Origin: Candidatus Saccharimonadota bacterium | GTDB taxonomy: Bacteria; Patescibacteriota; Saccharimonadia; Saccharimonadales; UBA10212 | Assembly: GCA_022841445.1 (NCBI GenBank) | Contig: JALHRM010000004.1 | Span: forward strand, 11,429-75,428 | Reading direction: 5' to 3' | Length of the DNA: 64,000 nucleotides | In this document: one piece after another, positions 30,000-40,560 of the stretch | Position numbering within the stretch: position 1 is the first letter of the stretch | How the letters are laid out: the number at the start of each line of letters is the position of its first letter | Translations under genes and position numbers: made by a program | Notes under the pieces: model-generated | The model's database searches: none | Told to the model about the DNA's origin: nothing | The model's input: the letters and a program-made list of their open reading frames with translations, nothing else

Positions 30000-30410
30000 C
30001 TATAGTGCCCCCAGGTCTTTCAGTGCTTGACGAAGTCCAGCTAAAGCCTGCTTGGCGTCCGCCGACTTAACTTTGACGTCTTGTTCGTGCACTAAACGAT
30101 TACGCAGTTTATGAGCATGCCATGTGGCATCATTGTCCGTTAGGCTACGCTGAGCCGATACCAAACGCTCTCCCATCGTTTTACCTTTGAACCGGCGGCG
30201 CTTTAGGGCTTCGTCCAGCAACTTGTCGGCGTCAATAATGGCCAGTATCATCCCTTCCTGTGATTTAACATGACGCAGCAAATCAGTCCATCTTTTTTGA
30301 AAATAGTCCTGATTAAGTCGCTTAGGGATTCGCTTGTAAGCAAACGATGCAACAAGGGCTACTAGTAAGCCAACGAGCACTGCAAGTATAATGGCGGCTT
30401 CGCTGCTCAT
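30000..30410 (-). CDS. Membrane-anchored protein with HEPN-like (DUF4145-like) motif
   Basis: N-terminal TM helix; helical domain AIIDADKLLDEAL..GKTMGERL..HKLRNRLVHE; ATGA overlap with gatA. Confidence 0.65.
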   Translation of the reverse strand: MSSEAAIILAVLVGLLVALVASFAYKRIPKRLNQDYFQKRWTDLLRHVKSQEGMILAIIDADKLLDEALKRRRFKGKTMGERLVSAQRSLTDNDATWHAHKLRNRLVHEQDVKVKSADAKQALAGLRQALKDLGAL

Positions 30411-31834
30411 GAACTAAGCTCCTCATAGGCGTGCGCGAAGGCCAATAAATCCCGATCATGTGTCTGGGCGGCAATGAACTGTACACCGATTGGCAGTGAA
30501 CTTCTAGCGCCTGAGGGCACACTAATTGCGGGTAGGCCAGCAATGTTAACAGCGACAGTCATTATGTCAGTCAGATACATCTTCAAAGGATCATGACTGT
30601 TTTCACCAATCTTGAATGCGGGTGTGGCCGATGTCGGACCTACTAGGATGTCGTAATCGGCAAAGGCTGCTAAAAACTCGTTAATAATTTTAGTTCGGAC
30701 TGTCTGGGCTTTGCGATAGTAGGCGTCGTAATACCCGGAACTAAGCACATATGTACCAAGCATGATGCGTCGCTTGGCCTCTGCTCCAAATCCTTGCTCA
30801 CGAGTAAATTCATAACTTTCATCGACTGTTGCTGCATCTGTCGAACTAAAGCCGTAACGTTGACCGTCATAGCGACTTAAGTTGCTACTGACTTCAGCGG
30901 GACAGATAATGTAATACACTGCTAGAGCCAGCGGCAGGCTTGGGAGACTTATTTCGCTTACTTCTGCGCCTGCAGTCTTCAGCCTCGTGACCGTTTGCTC
31001 TACGGCAGCACGCACATCGTCGTCCAGCCCCTCACCAACATATTCCTTTATAACAGCGACTTTTTTGCCTTGCAGTGAACTACTAGAAAAACTAGAGTAG
31101 TCCAGCTCGTCCCGGTCGATAGTCGTGGCATCCAGCTCGTCTTTGGCAGCCATGACATCAAACACGATAGCTGCATCCTCCACTGTTCGTGTTAGTGGGC
31201 CAATAACATCAAGGCTGCTACCCATGGCTACGACGCCGCTTCGACTCACCAAACCATAGGTGGGTTTATACCCTACTACGCCACAGAAACTGGCTGGTAA
31301 TCGTATCGAGCCGCCCGTGTCAGTACCCAGTGCAAATGGAGCCATTCCAAGCGCTACCGATGCCGCACTGCCGCCAGAACTACCACCTGGTACGCGGTCT
31401 TTGTCATGCGGATTCAGCGTGGTAAAAAAATCGCTGTTTTCGGTTGAACTGCCGTGAGCAAAAGCATCAAGATTAGCTTTAGCGACACAAATCGCTCCTT
31501 CTGCTTCAAGTCGCTCAATTGCGCTCGCTTGATATGGGGCATGAAACCCGCGTAATATGTTGCTGGCTGCCGTCGTCTCGCTGCCGAATGTCAAAAAATT
31601 ATCCTTGGCGATAAACGGCACTCCAGCTAGTCGGCCAGCAGACTCCCCGGCAGAAACCTGCTTATCAATTGCCTCCGCTCGTTCTCGAGCCCGGTCTTCG
31701 ATAGCTACGATGATTGCCTTATAATCAGCGTGTTTGTTTAGCAGTGAGAGTGATTTTTCGACTAAACTCATCGCTGTAATCTTGCCAGTATTCACCTGTT
31801 CTGCAATCTGTTTAATCGGCAGCCAATCGGTCAT
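30407..31834 (-). CDS. gatA: Asp/Glu-tRNA amidotransferase subunit A
   Basis: KDN, GGSSGGSAA, GTDTGGSIRLPA amidase signature, RRIMLGTYVLSSGYY. Confidence 0.97.
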   Translation of the reverse strand: MTDWLPIKQIAEQVNTGKITAMSLVEKSLSLLNKHADYKAIIVAIEDRARERAEAIDKQVSAGESAGRLAGVPFIAKDNFLTFGSETTAASNILRGFHAPYQASAIERLEAEGAICVAKANLDAFAHGSSTENSDFFTTLNPHDKDRVPGGSSGGSAASVALGMAPFALGTDTGGSIRLPASFCGVVGYKPTYGLVSRSGVVAMGSSLDVIGPLTRTVEDAAIVFDVMAAKDELDATTIDRDELDYSSFSSSSLQGKKVAVIKEYVGEGLDDDVRAAVEQTVTRLKTAGAEVSEISLPSLPLALAVYYIICPAEVSSNLSRYDGQRYGFSSTDAATVDESYEFTREQGFGAEAKRRIMLGTYVLSSGYYDAYYRKAQTVRTKIINEFLAAFADYDILVGPTSATPAFKIGENSHDPLKMYLTDIMTVAVNIAGLPAISVPSGARSSLPIGVQFIAAQTHDRDLLAFAHAYEELSS

Positions 31835-31836
31835 AG

Positions 31837-32127
31837 CTAAAGTACTCGCTTTACTTTGAACATGCCATCCTGTGTTGCTGGAGCGTTAGCAAGGAGCGCA
31901 CTCGGCTGAGCTTGATACTCACGCTCTACATCTGGACGCGTCACATTTTTAAGGCCTGTTACCTGCGAAGTAGGCATAAGCCCGTCCGTGTTCACTTGAT
32001 CAAGTTGTTCAATGTAACCGAGAATGTCATTAAACTCCTCAGTGAACTGAACAACTTCTTCGTCAGTTAAACGTAGCCGGCTTAAACGAGCCAATTTTAA
32101 GACATCATCGCGGGTTAGTTTACTCAT
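31837..32127 (-). CDS. gatC: Asp/Glu-tRNA amidotransferase subunit C
   Basis: VLKLARLSRL...FKVKRVL; first gene of the gat operon. Confidence 0.95.
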   Translation of the reverse strand: MSKLTRDDVLKLARLSRLRLTDEEVVQFTEEFNDILGYIEQLDQVNTDGLMPTSQVTGLKNVTRPDVEREYQAQPSALLANAPATQDGMFKVKRVL

Positions 32128-32188
32128 TCTTGTAACTCATTATAGCAGTCATTTAAGAAGATAATAAAGTGCTCTTGTTTACTCGAGT

Positions 32189-34147
32189 TTAGAGTTTCGT
32201 CTTAACCTCGGCAATCAGATCACGCAGCTCAGCTGCCTTTTCAAATTCCAAGTTGGCGGCTGCTAAATCCATCTGGGCGTTCAAGTCACGCAGCAGATGC
32301 TTGTACTCGTCTTTTGGCACCTTTCGCAAATCAAGTTTCGGCTTTTCCACTTTAGGTTCTCGCTTTATGATATCCCCGACAGCCTTACTGATTGAAGTTG
32401 GCGTGATGCCGTGTTTTTTGTTGTAGGCTTCTTGTATCGCGCGCCGGCGGTTCGTTTCTTCAATAGTACGCTGCATACTGCCAGTAACATTATTGGCATA
32501 CATAATGACATGGCCTTCCTGGTGGCGAGCTGCACGACCGACTGTTTGAATTAAGGCTTGCTCGGAACGCAAAAAACCTTCTTTGTCGGCATCAAGTATA
32601 GCCACTAAACTTACTTCTGGCAGATCAAGTCCCTCGCGAAGCAAGTTGATGCCAACTAATACATCGTAGATACCGAGCCGTAAATCACGCAAAATGTCAG
32701 TCCGATCGAGTGTATCAACATCACTATGCAAATACGCGACCTTCATGCCCAGTTCTTCCAGATATTCGCTCAAATCTTCTGACATTCGCTTTGTAAGCGT
32801 GGTGACTAATACGCGCTGCTTTTTGGACACGGTCAGGCGAATTTCAGCAATCAAATCATCAACCTGACCATCAACCGGCCGCACTTCGATAGGCGGGTCG
32901 AGTAGCCCCGTCGGACGAATTACCTGCTGGACTGGTTGTACGCTACGGCTTAATTCGTACTGGGCTGGTGTAGCACTAACATAAACAACTTTGTTAACAT
33001 GACGTTCGTATTCCGTAAAGGTTAGCGGTCGATTATCAAGTGCGCTCGGCAAACGAAATCCATGTTCTACTAAAACTTCTTTACGAGCACGGTCACCATG
33101 ATACATCCCGCGAATTTGCGGGATAGTCATGTGACTCTCATCTACAAACAATAGATAGTCATCTGGAAAATAATCCATTAATGTTGCTGGCTGTTCACCG
33201 GGCTCGCGATTTGTGAGATACCGACTGTAGTTTTCAATACCTTTCACGAAACCGGTTTGCTCCATCATTTCTAAATCAAACTTGGTGCGTTGTTCTATTC
33301 GCTGCGCTTCTATTAGTAGATTATTTGCCTTGAAATATGCCACTCGTTCATTCAATTCATTTTGTATTTTACCGAGAGCTACCTGCAGTTTCTGGTTTGG
33401 AGTAACGTAGTGGCTACCCGGGAAAATACGAACTCCCTCAAGTGTTTTTTCAATTTCTCCCGTCAGCGGATTGATTTGAGTAATGCGTTCGATTTCGTCA
33501 CCAAAGAACTCCGCCCGGTATGCAACCTCCTCACCTGCTGGAAAAATATCAACCACATCACCGCGCACCCGAAAGGTGCTTCGATGAAAATCAATATCAT
33601 TGCGTTTGTACTGAATATCAGTTAATTGCCGCAGCAGCTTATCGCGTACCCGTCGTTCGCCAGTTTTTAAATGAACAGACAGGTCATCGTAATCTTCAAC
33701 TGAACCTATGCCATAGATACAAGACACACTTGCCACAATAATGGCATCACGTCGTGACAGTAACGCGGCTGTTGCAGCGTGACGCAATCGGTCGATTTCT
33801 TCGTTAATATCACTGTCTTTTTCGATGTAGGTGTCTGATCTGGCAATGTATGCTTCGGGCTGATAATAATCAAAATAGCTAACAAAATAATGTACCGCAT
33901 TATCCGGAAAGAATAATTTGAACTCGTTATACAGTTGCGCAGCTAGCGTTTTGTTATGACTCAGCACCAACGTTGGTTTGTCTTGCTCAGCAATGATATT
34001 AGCCATCGTGAATGTCTTTCCGCTACCAGTAACACCAAGAAGTGTTTGCTCCTTAGTCCCGGCGTTCAGGCCACTATTAAGAGCCGCAATAGCTGCTGGC
34101 TGGTCTCCCATCGGTACATAATCAGCCGAAAGTCGGAATGATGTCAT
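32189..34147 (-). CDS. uvrB: Excinuclease ABC subunit B
   Basis: [18 protein letters not shown] beta-hairpin, DESH, GRAAR, C-terminal UVR domain. Confidence 0.98.
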   Translation of the reverse strand: MTSFRLSADYVPMGDQPAAIAALNSGLNAGTKEQTLLGVTGSGKTFTMANIIAEQDKPTLVLSHNKTLAAQLYNEFKLFFPDNAVHYFVSYFDYYQPEAYIARSDTYIEKDSDINEEIDRLRHAATAALLSRRDAIIVASVSCIYGIGSVEDYDDLSVHLKTGERRVRDKLLRQLTDIQYKRNDIDFHRSTFRVRGDVVDIFPAGEEVAYRAEFFGDEIERITQINPLTGEIEKTLEGVRIFPGSHYVTPNQKLQVALGKIQNELNERVAYFKANNLLIEAQRIEQRTKFDLEMMEQTGFVKGIENYSRYLTNREPGEQPATLMDYFPDDYLLFVDESHMTIPQIRGMYHGDRARKEVLVEHGFRLPSALDNRPLTFTEYERHVNKVVYVSATPAQYELSRSVQPVQQVIRPTGLLDPPIEVRPVDGQVDDLIAEIRLTVSKKQRVLVTTLTKRMSEDLSEYLEELGMKVAYLHSDVDTLDRTDILRDLRLGIYDVLVGINLLREGLDLPEVSLVAILDADKEGFLRSEQALIQTVGRAARHQEGHVIMYANNVTGSMQRTIEETNRRRAIQEAYNKKHGITPTSISKAVGDIIKREPKVEKPKLDLRKVPKDEYKHLLRDLNAQMDLAAANLEFEKAAELRDLIAEVKTKL

Positions 34148-34174
34148 CTAATCATTGTACCAAGATTGAAACAC

Positions 34175-34762
34175 CTACGTGAGCGGTTGGTTCTTACTCG
34201 GATAGTAAATACTGCGATATCGCAGGTGTTCTTTATCAAGCATGGTATTGAGTCTTTTTACTAGTTTGTCAGCATCCGAATCAAATAGCACCAGTTCGTT
34301 CTTAGTTTCTCCGGCTGCTTTTAATATGTCTCTAATTTCGTCGCCTATACCGCCAGCGCCCTCTAAGAAACCTATCGGAGTCTCTGTTTCCATGGCAATG
34401 GTAAATTCGTGAAGCGTTCCAAGCCGACCGCCAATACTGACGACAGCGTCACTGGATTGGATTAGCAACGCATCTCTCCCAACATAATGAAGGCCGCTGT
34501 AAAGTATGGCGTCATAGTCTTCGGTCGGCAATCGGTATTTCATGACATGTTCTACTTTGCTGGCAGCAGGACTGATGCCAAAACTCATTTTTCCACCAGC
34601 AGCTTTATAGCCCATTGCAGCATAGTTCGGCAGTCCTATGGTGGCGCCGGTGAGCAGACTATTGCCGGCTTTGGCGATCGCCTCTCCCGCCGCAATAGCA
34701 AGATGCTTACCCTCCTGCACACTTCGACCTTTGGCTGCACCGGAAACACATATTTGATACAT
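34175..34762 (-). CDS. LOG/SLOG family nucleotide-binding protein (TIGR00725-like)
   Basis: CVSGAA, TGATIGLP, GISPA, GRD, GGRLGTLHE. Confidence 0.8.
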   Translation of the reverse strand: MYQICVSGAAKGRSVQEGKHLAIAAGEAIAKAGNSLLTGATIGLPNYAAMGYKAAGGKMSFGISPAASKVEHVMKYRLPTEDYDAILYSGLHYVGRDALLIQSSDAVVSIGGRLGTLHEFTIAMETETPIGFLEGAGGIGDEIRDILKAAGETKNELVLFDSDADKLVKRLNTMLDKEHLRYRSIYYPSKNQPLT

Positions 34763-34766
34763 AACT

Positions 34767-36020
34767 CTACGCCTTTTTCTTTCTATTCTCAGGACGGATT
34801 TTCTTGGTGCGTGTTTCGCTTATGGCTTTAGTCTGAGGCCGCGACTCTATCTTGTCAAGCTGCTTAAAAACATGTCGCTGCAGAATTGGTCGAGCAGCAT
34901 AGAGCGACATAATTTCCCGATTGACATAGGCCCTGAGCACCACCATACTACGCGTTTCATAATGCCGGTTTTGTAGCATATCAATACCTATGTCACCGAT
35001 ATGCAGTGATACTCCATCGTCATCATGCACCGATCCTATTCCTAATTTTTCTGCCCAAAAACCAAGACCAGGTGCCAGCGCGTGGAGTATTCGCTGCGGC
35101 GATAGAAGATCCATGTCACCATGATCTAGCACCACGTCAAATAGACGCCTCGCATCATCACCATAGTTATGACGTAGACTTTGCGATATTGCACTCCAGT
35201 CAATCGGCACACCAGCAATGATAATCTGATGATGCTTAGGTGCCACGAATTCTTGAACCATCCAACCCGGATACTGTCGAACATGATGCGCCTTGAAAAG
35301 CAGGCTGGCATCCTTTATGTGACGATATGCACCCAAAGTTTGCGATAATAACGTAAAGGCATATCCTTCTTTCAAAGTTTCTTCACTGGACAATACTATG
35401 ATTGCCCCGGCCTCTGGTACCGCTACAATGGGCAGAACGATTTCTTTTGGAAAATGTGACATATAAAATACTACCTTTATCGGACGAGCTTCAAAATCAC
35501 CCGCCTGAAGGTGATGATAATACTGACGAAGTTTTGTGTTCCATTGATCGCTTTCCAGTTTGTGGGCTAAAGCAAGCACCACGTCAACCTGTTCATTTTT
35601 TAGCAGCGAAGCAACTGATCGATAGCGAAGAAATTTCATTGTTTCGAATGGTGACTGTTCGGCAAGTACCTTTTTTAAAACACTCCGCTTTACGCTCCAA
35701 ATTATTTCGCTAGCCACGGCTTTTTGAAAATTACTGGCTACAGCTTTAAGTAACTGGTCAGCATCACCCTTGTAAGCAGACAACAGAACCTTTTCGTCGG
35801 CGGCAGCGCGTACTCGTAGTGCTTGATATAACTCTTTGGCGGTTGTATCGAGCGGGTCAAGTCCGAGCTCTTTTGATGCCTGAGCCGCGACTTGCTTTAA
35901 TTGACTGATATATCCAACATCAATGCTCAGCTCGCCAGTAGCTTGTTCTAGACGCTTAAAACGGAGTGCTGTCTTGGATTCGGCCTCGTTCAGTATGGTC
36001 GATAAAAAACTCATCAACAT
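34767..36020 (-). CDS. Hypothetical protein
   Basis: 417-aa ORF tightly packed between pfkB and the LOG gene; LGLDPLDTTAKELYQAL segment; no recognisable catalytic motif. Confidence 0.75.
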   Translation of the reverse strand: MLMSFLSTILNEAESKTALRFKRLEQATGELSIDVGYISQLKQVAAQASKELGLDPLDTTAKELYQALRVRAAADEKVLLSAYKGDADQLLKAVASNFQKAVASEIIWSVKRSVLKKVLAEQSPFETMKFLRYRSVASLLKNEQVDVVLALAHKLESDQWNTKLRQYYHHLQAGDFEARPIKVVFYMSHFPKEIVLPIVAVPEAGAIIVLSSEETLKEGYAFTLLSQTLGAYRHIKDASLLFKAHHVRQYPGWMVQEFVAPKHHQIIIAGVPIDWSAISQSLRHNYGDDARRLFDVVLDHGDMDLLSPQRILHALAPGLGFWAEKLGIGSVHDDDGVSLHIGDIGIDMLQNRHYETRSMVVLRAYVNREIMSLYAARPILQRHVFKQLDKIESRPQTKAISETRTKKIRPENRKKKA

Positions 36021-36023
36021 GTC

Positions 36024-37040
36024 TTAGTTAAGTCGGGTCGGGTGATACCATTCCGGAGCTGATTGCAAAAGTCGTTCTATATCGGTGCTACTCAATAGTC
36101 CGCCTTGCGCACCGACATGTTGCACTACATTCATTGAATTTATTGGCGCCCAAAGCAGTGCCGCTTCGAGCGTAGCACCTTTAATGAGAGCCGCAACTAA
36201 GGTTGATGCGAAACTGTCGCCAGCACCAGTTCGTTCCACGGGTGGACCAGGATCTGGATAGTTTGGCATTTTGAACCGATTGTCACCATCACTGGCGTAA
36301 GCTCCGTCAGGTCCGTCGGTGATGATAACAATTCGTGGTCCATGCGAGTGAATCCTATTGAACAAATCATGTAGATCATCATAGTTTCCACCAGTAATCT
36401 GTACCGCTTCTTCGCGGTTGACGATGAATACTTCAGTCCGCTTGTAGAGCCGCTGCAGGCGCTCAATACCTGCCTCCAGTTGATATGTGCCAGGTTGCAG
36501 CGCGAGCTTAACGCTTGGGTTCTCATCCAACCAATCGGCCACAAAATCGTGGTAATGATCCAGGGCGTTTTTGCTGATAGAGCTAAAATATACCCATTTT
36601 GGAATATCGTTATCTCGGAAGCGCGGCCAATGGTAGTCGTACTCTTCGTGTTTTATAAGGATAGTTCGCTCATCCTTATACCACAATACATAGTGATAAT
36701 TGCTTACTTTGCCGCGGTTGACGTGTACGAACCTGGTGTCAACACCTTTGTCCTTTAAAGACTTAATAATATCCAGCCCCCAGTTGTCTTCGCCGACATT
36801 GCTGACCAATCCGGACTGTAGGCCTAATTTTTCAAATGCTACGGCCGCGTTTGCCGCGTTGCCAACACCTTCCAACACAATCGAATCAGCAAATGGCAAT
36901 TTTGTTCCAAAAGGGATAGCCAGCCATTTCCCATGTTCATTTTCATAGGTATGCTCACGCTCTTCAAAAAGCTTAATAAATGCGTCTGTGACTACATCGC
37001 CGATAGCCAACACATCAAGATGACCGCTGAATTGTGCCAT
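36024..37040 (-). CDS. PfkB family carbohydrate kinase
   Basis: GNAANAAVA..LG, NREEA, ITDGPDGA, ERTGAGDSF anion-hole motif. Confidence 0.92.
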   Translation of the reverse strand: MAQFSGHLDVLAIGDVVTDAFIKLFEEREHTYENEHGKWLAIPFGTKLPFADSIVLEGVGNAANAAVAFEKLGLQSGLVSNVGEDNWGLDIIKSLKDKGVDTRFVHVNRGKVSNYHYVLWYKDERTILIKHEEYDYHWPRFRDNDIPKWVYFSSISKNALDHYHDFVADWLDENPSVKLALQPGTYQLEAGIERLQRLYKRTEVFIVNREEAVQITGGNYDDLHDLFNRIHSHGPRIVIITDGPDGAYASDGDNRFKMPNYPDPGPPVERTGAGDSFASTLVAALIKGATLEAALLWAPINSMNVVQHVGAQGGLLSSTDIERLLQSAPEWYHPTRLN

Positions 37041-37083
37041 GTCCCACCTTTTTTATTTGATTATGCTTATTGTAGCAGTTTGA

Positions 37084-38001
37084 CTACAAGCCCACAACGG
37101 CTTTGCCGGAACTGTTAAATGTATCGAGTTTTGCCTCTACGACAGCCTGCACGGAATCAATGACATCATCCATAAGTTTTACGACGGCATACTCAGTTTT
37201 ATTTTCAGCCAGCACCTTCTCAAGCGTATCCCTATACGCACGGCGCATATCACTGTTAATATTTATCTTCGTCACGCCAATCTTAACAGCCTCGACAAAG
37301 TAGTGTCCGGGCGTACCGCTCCCACCGTGTAAGCTGATGTTGCAGCCGATAGATTCTCTTATTCGGGCGAGCAGCTCAAGGTCTAGTACTTTCGGCACAG
37401 GGTAACTGCCATGCAGATTACCAACTGCAGCTGCAAATGTATCTATCCCGGTGGCCTCGACAAAAGCCTTCGCGCCCTCTGGTGTGCTAAAGGTTTTCTT
37501 TATCTCATCATAGTCAATGGCTTCGGTGTGCACATTACTACTACCGCCAAAATAATGCGGCTCGCTTTCAACCAACGCGCCAGTTAGCTTGGCATACTCA
37601 ACAATTTCCTTGGTATGAGCGATGATGTCTTCTTCCGTGGCTTTATGATCAGCCTGGGAAATATCAATATGTATAAATTCATACCCAGCCTCGATTCCAG
37701 CTTTGGCGGCCTCAACCGAAGGACTATGGTCAAGATTAATGTACATTTCGATACCATATTCTTGCTTGTAGTTTTCGACCATATCGCGCACATTATCGAG
37801 CCCCATAGCTTCGACTTCACCCTGGCTTACCTCAACCATAAGCGGTGCGTTTTTGGCTTTAGCGGCGCGTGCGACCGCAATCAACGTTTCCTGGTTATCT
37901 AGGTTAAAAGCACCGAGGGCGTAATGGCCAGTCCGCGCCCGTTCAATAGACTCTCTAGCTTTTTTACAATTTGTGCGTATTTGTTCTAGTGTTAATGGCA
38001 T
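37084..38001 (-). CDS. fba: Class II fructose-bisphosphate aldolase
   Basis: GAFN, NLDH, AVGNLHG, LHGGSG, KININ. Confidence 0.9.
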   Translation of the reverse strand: MPLTLEQIRTNCKKARESIERARTGHYALGAFNLDNQETLIAVARAAKAKNAPLMVEVSQGEVEAMGLDNVRDMVENYKQEYGIEMYINLDHSPSVEAAKAGIEAGYEFIHIDISQADHKATEEDIIAHTKEIVEYAKLTGALVESEPHYFGGSSNVHTEAIDYDEIKKTFSTPEGAKAFVEATGIDTFAAAVGNLHGSYPVPKVLDLELLARIRESIGCNISLHGGSGTPGHYFVEAVKIGVTKININSDMRRAYRDTLEKVLAENKTEYAVVKLMDDVIDSVQAVVEAKLDTFNSSGKAVVGL

Positions 38002-38009
38002 CTTTCCAC

Positions 38010-38996
38010 CTATTTATGATTTGTTTCTAGCATATGTACAGCTGCAAGGCGTATGTTCTTGGCGGTGAGACCAAAATGTTCTAGTAGTTCGGCTGGCTGG
38101 CCCGATTCTCCAAAACGATCTTTTATACCCATCCTGAGTAACGGAGTTGGCGCATGTTCACCGAGCAGTTCAGCGACGGCACTTCCCAATCCACCATTAA
38201 TTTGTGCTTCTTCAATAGTGATAACATGTTTCGTCTTACGCACACTATGTAGCAACGTTACACCGTCAAGTGGCTTAATTGTGGGAACATGGACGACTTC
38301 GGCATCAATGCCGTCCTTGAACAGCATTTCAGCAGCCATGAGGGCCTGGTAGGTCATCGTTCCAGTAGCAACAAGTGTTATGTCATCGCCTTTCGCGAAT
38401 ACGTAGGCTTTGCCTATTTCAAACGGCGTGTGCGTTGTCGTTACAATCGGTGAGCTGTCACGGGCAACCCGTAGATAATTCGCCTGGGGGTGGTTGGCCA
38501 TAGCAAGCGTCGCTTTTTCGGCCTCGACGCTATCGCACGGCACGATTACAGCCATGTTCGGCAGTGCTCGCATAAGTGCTATGTCTTCCAGCATCTGATG
38601 TGTTGCGCCGTCTGGCCCGGTATATAGCCCGGCATGACTGCCAATAACTTTTACAGGCCGCTGGTTAATACAGGCTGTGGTCTTGATCTGTTCCCAGTTA
38701 CGCCCAGGACTAAACGCCGCGTAGCTACTAATGAATGGAATCTTTCCCATAGCAGCCAGCCCGGCACCAACTGTCGCTAGGTTCTGCTCGGCAATGCCGA
38801 CTTCGATGAATCGTTCCGGAAATTCCTTGGCAAATAAATGGATCTGCGTAGACTCGGTCAGGTCGGCGCATAGTGCTACGACATTTGAATTACGCTTTCC
38901 TGCTTCGAGCAACCCTCGCCCAAAGCCTTTACGGATCGGCTCTGAAGTAACATCTTTTTTATATAAATCTTCAGCTAAATGCATACTAGAACTCAT
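38010..38996 (-). CDS. Transketolase, C-terminal (pyrimidine-binding) subunit
   Basis: EVGIAEQN, GPDGATHQ, TIKPLD, GGLGSAV. Confidence 0.93.
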   Translation of the reverse strand: MSSSMHLAEDLYKKDVTSEPIRKGFGRGLLEAGKRNSNVVALCADLTESTQIHLFAKEFPERFIEVGIAEQNLATVGAGLAAMGKIPFISSYAAFSPGRNWEQIKTTACINQRPVKVIGSHAGLYTGPDGATHQMLEDIALMRALPNMAVIVPCDSVEAEKATLAMANHPQANYLRVARDSSPIVTTTHTPFEIGKAYVFAKGDDITLVATGTMTYQALMAAEMLFKDGIDAEVVHVPTIKPLDGVTLLHSVRKTKHVITIEEAQINGGLGSAVAELLGEHAPTPLLRMGIKDRFGESGQPAELLEHFGLTAKNIRLAAVHMLETNHK

Positions 38997-39880
38997 TCGT
39001 GATCTCCAGTAATTTTGCCCTTGAGACTTCGTAGTTCACGCAGTGCTACCGCTGCCTGGTCATGCTTAGGTGGCGCGCCAGCGACATCGGCAATCCCGAC
39101 AGCAATACCATGCCAATGATAGTCATATTCCATGTAATCAACGCCCTTGCCAGGTATTGTGTGGGCAATAATAACAACTGGTTTTTCGACAATCGCCCGC
39201 GCCATAGCACAAGCATCAATGAACGCCTCAATGTTATGTCCATCAATCTCGATGACGTGCCATCCAAATGATTCCCATTTGCCCTTCAAGTCTTCTAACG
39301 GCATAACGTACTCGGTCGTACCGTCTATTTGAATGTTGTTACGATCAACAATACCGATGACATTGCTAAGCTTGTACTTGGCCACCAGCATGGCTGATTC
39401 CCAAATATTGCCTTCGTTCAGCTCGCCATCGCCCATCATGCAGTATATCCAGCGGTGAGACTGCTGATCCATCTTCATGGCCAGCGCCATACCGGCAGCT
39501 TGACCAAGCCCCTCACCGAGCGGCCCGCTGGTAGTTTCTAGACCAGGAAGGCTCGTTCGTTCAGGGTGCCCTTGTAAACGGCTACCAAAACGGCGAAGCG
39601 TCATCAGTTCTTTTTTATCAAAATAACCGGCATGCGCCATAACCGCATAAAGCACCGGCGCACAGTGACCGTTGCTCATAATAAACAAATCACGCTCATC
39701 CCAATCCGGTTTTTTGGGATCATGCTTTAAGACATCGAAGTAAAGCGCCGTCATCATGTCGGCCAGATCAAGTGGCCCAGCACTATGCCCGTTACCGGCG
39801 TGTTCCAGCATCTTTATGATGTCAATACGAACATCGTAGGCTTTTTTCTCTAGCTCTTTTATGCTCATTTTTTTCACCAT
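38993..39880 (-). CDS. Transketolase, N-terminal (ThDP-binding) subunit
   Basis: SNGH, LQGHP, GDGELNEG...N ThDP motif, WHG. Confidence 0.93.
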   Translation of the reverse strand: MVKKMSIKELEKKAYDVRIDIIKMLEHAGNGHSAGPLDLADMMTALYFDVLKHDPKKPDWDERDLFIMSNGHCAPVLYAVMAHAGYFDKKELMTLRRFGSRLQGHPERTSLPGLETTSGPLGEGLGQAAGMALAMKMDQQSHRWIYCMMGDGELNEGNIWESAMLVAKYKLSNVIGIVDRNNIQIDGTTEYVMPLEDLKGKWESFGWHVIEIDGHNIEAFIDACAMARAIVEKPVVIIAHTIPGKGVDYMEYDYHWHGIAVGIADVAGAPPKHDQAAVALRELRSLKGKITGDHE

Positions 39881-39924
39881 TACGCTAATGATTATACCTG
39901 TTTGTTATCGTTTTCACAGCAACT

Positions 39925-40560
39925 TCAAGAAAGCGCCAAAAGTTGATGGAGGGTCTCATAAGCAGTCGATGGACTCTCGGCGTTATGAATATATCCACCA
40001 ACATTCACGACATCAACACCACCGTCAACAAGTTTTTTTATGTTTTTATCATTTACGCCACCATCCCACCCTATTTCTATTGATGGTTTTTTTTCTTTAA
40101 GGACGGCCGCTTTTTTTATAAGTTTCATGTCGGCTTTACTGCCACCCTGATACCCCAAATTGCCGCTAAAAACGAGGACGTGGTCTATGAATCCGAGTGC
40201 TCCAAAAATGGCGTCGGCGGGTGTTGCGGGTAGAAGCGCTACACCGACTTTCACTCCCTGTTGTTTGCAGGAGGTGACTATTGAGCGAAAGTCACCATCC
40301 GATTCAGCATGGATGATGATCATGTGCGGCAGGTGAGCAAGAACATCATTTAAGATTGTTTCTGGGACCTGATACATGATGTGGATGTCGGCTTTTACGC
40401 CAGCTGGCCACCACATACTTTCAGGAGAATTCGACGTAGTGGGCGCAAACCGACCGTCCATTAGGTCGATATGCACCCGATGCCCAAAATGCCCAACCAA
40501 CTCCATTTGTTGATCAAAATTGTTGTCGATTGCAGTAACGGTTGGGCAAATATCAGCCAT
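39925..40560 (-). CDS. rpe: Ribulose-phosphate 3-epimerase
   Basis: HIDLMDGRF, DIHIM, WDGG; operon context. Confidence 0.88.
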   Translation of the reverse strand: MADICPTVTAIDNNFDQQMELVGHFGHRVHIDLMDGRFAPTTSNSPESMWWPAGVKADIHIMYQVPETILNDVLAHLPHMIIIHAESDGDFRSIVTSCKQQGVKVGVALLPATPADAIFGALGFIDHVLVFSGNLGYQGGSKADMKLIKKAAVLKEKKPSIEIGWDGGVNDKNIKKLVDGGVDVVNVGGYIHNAESPSTAYETLHQLLALS

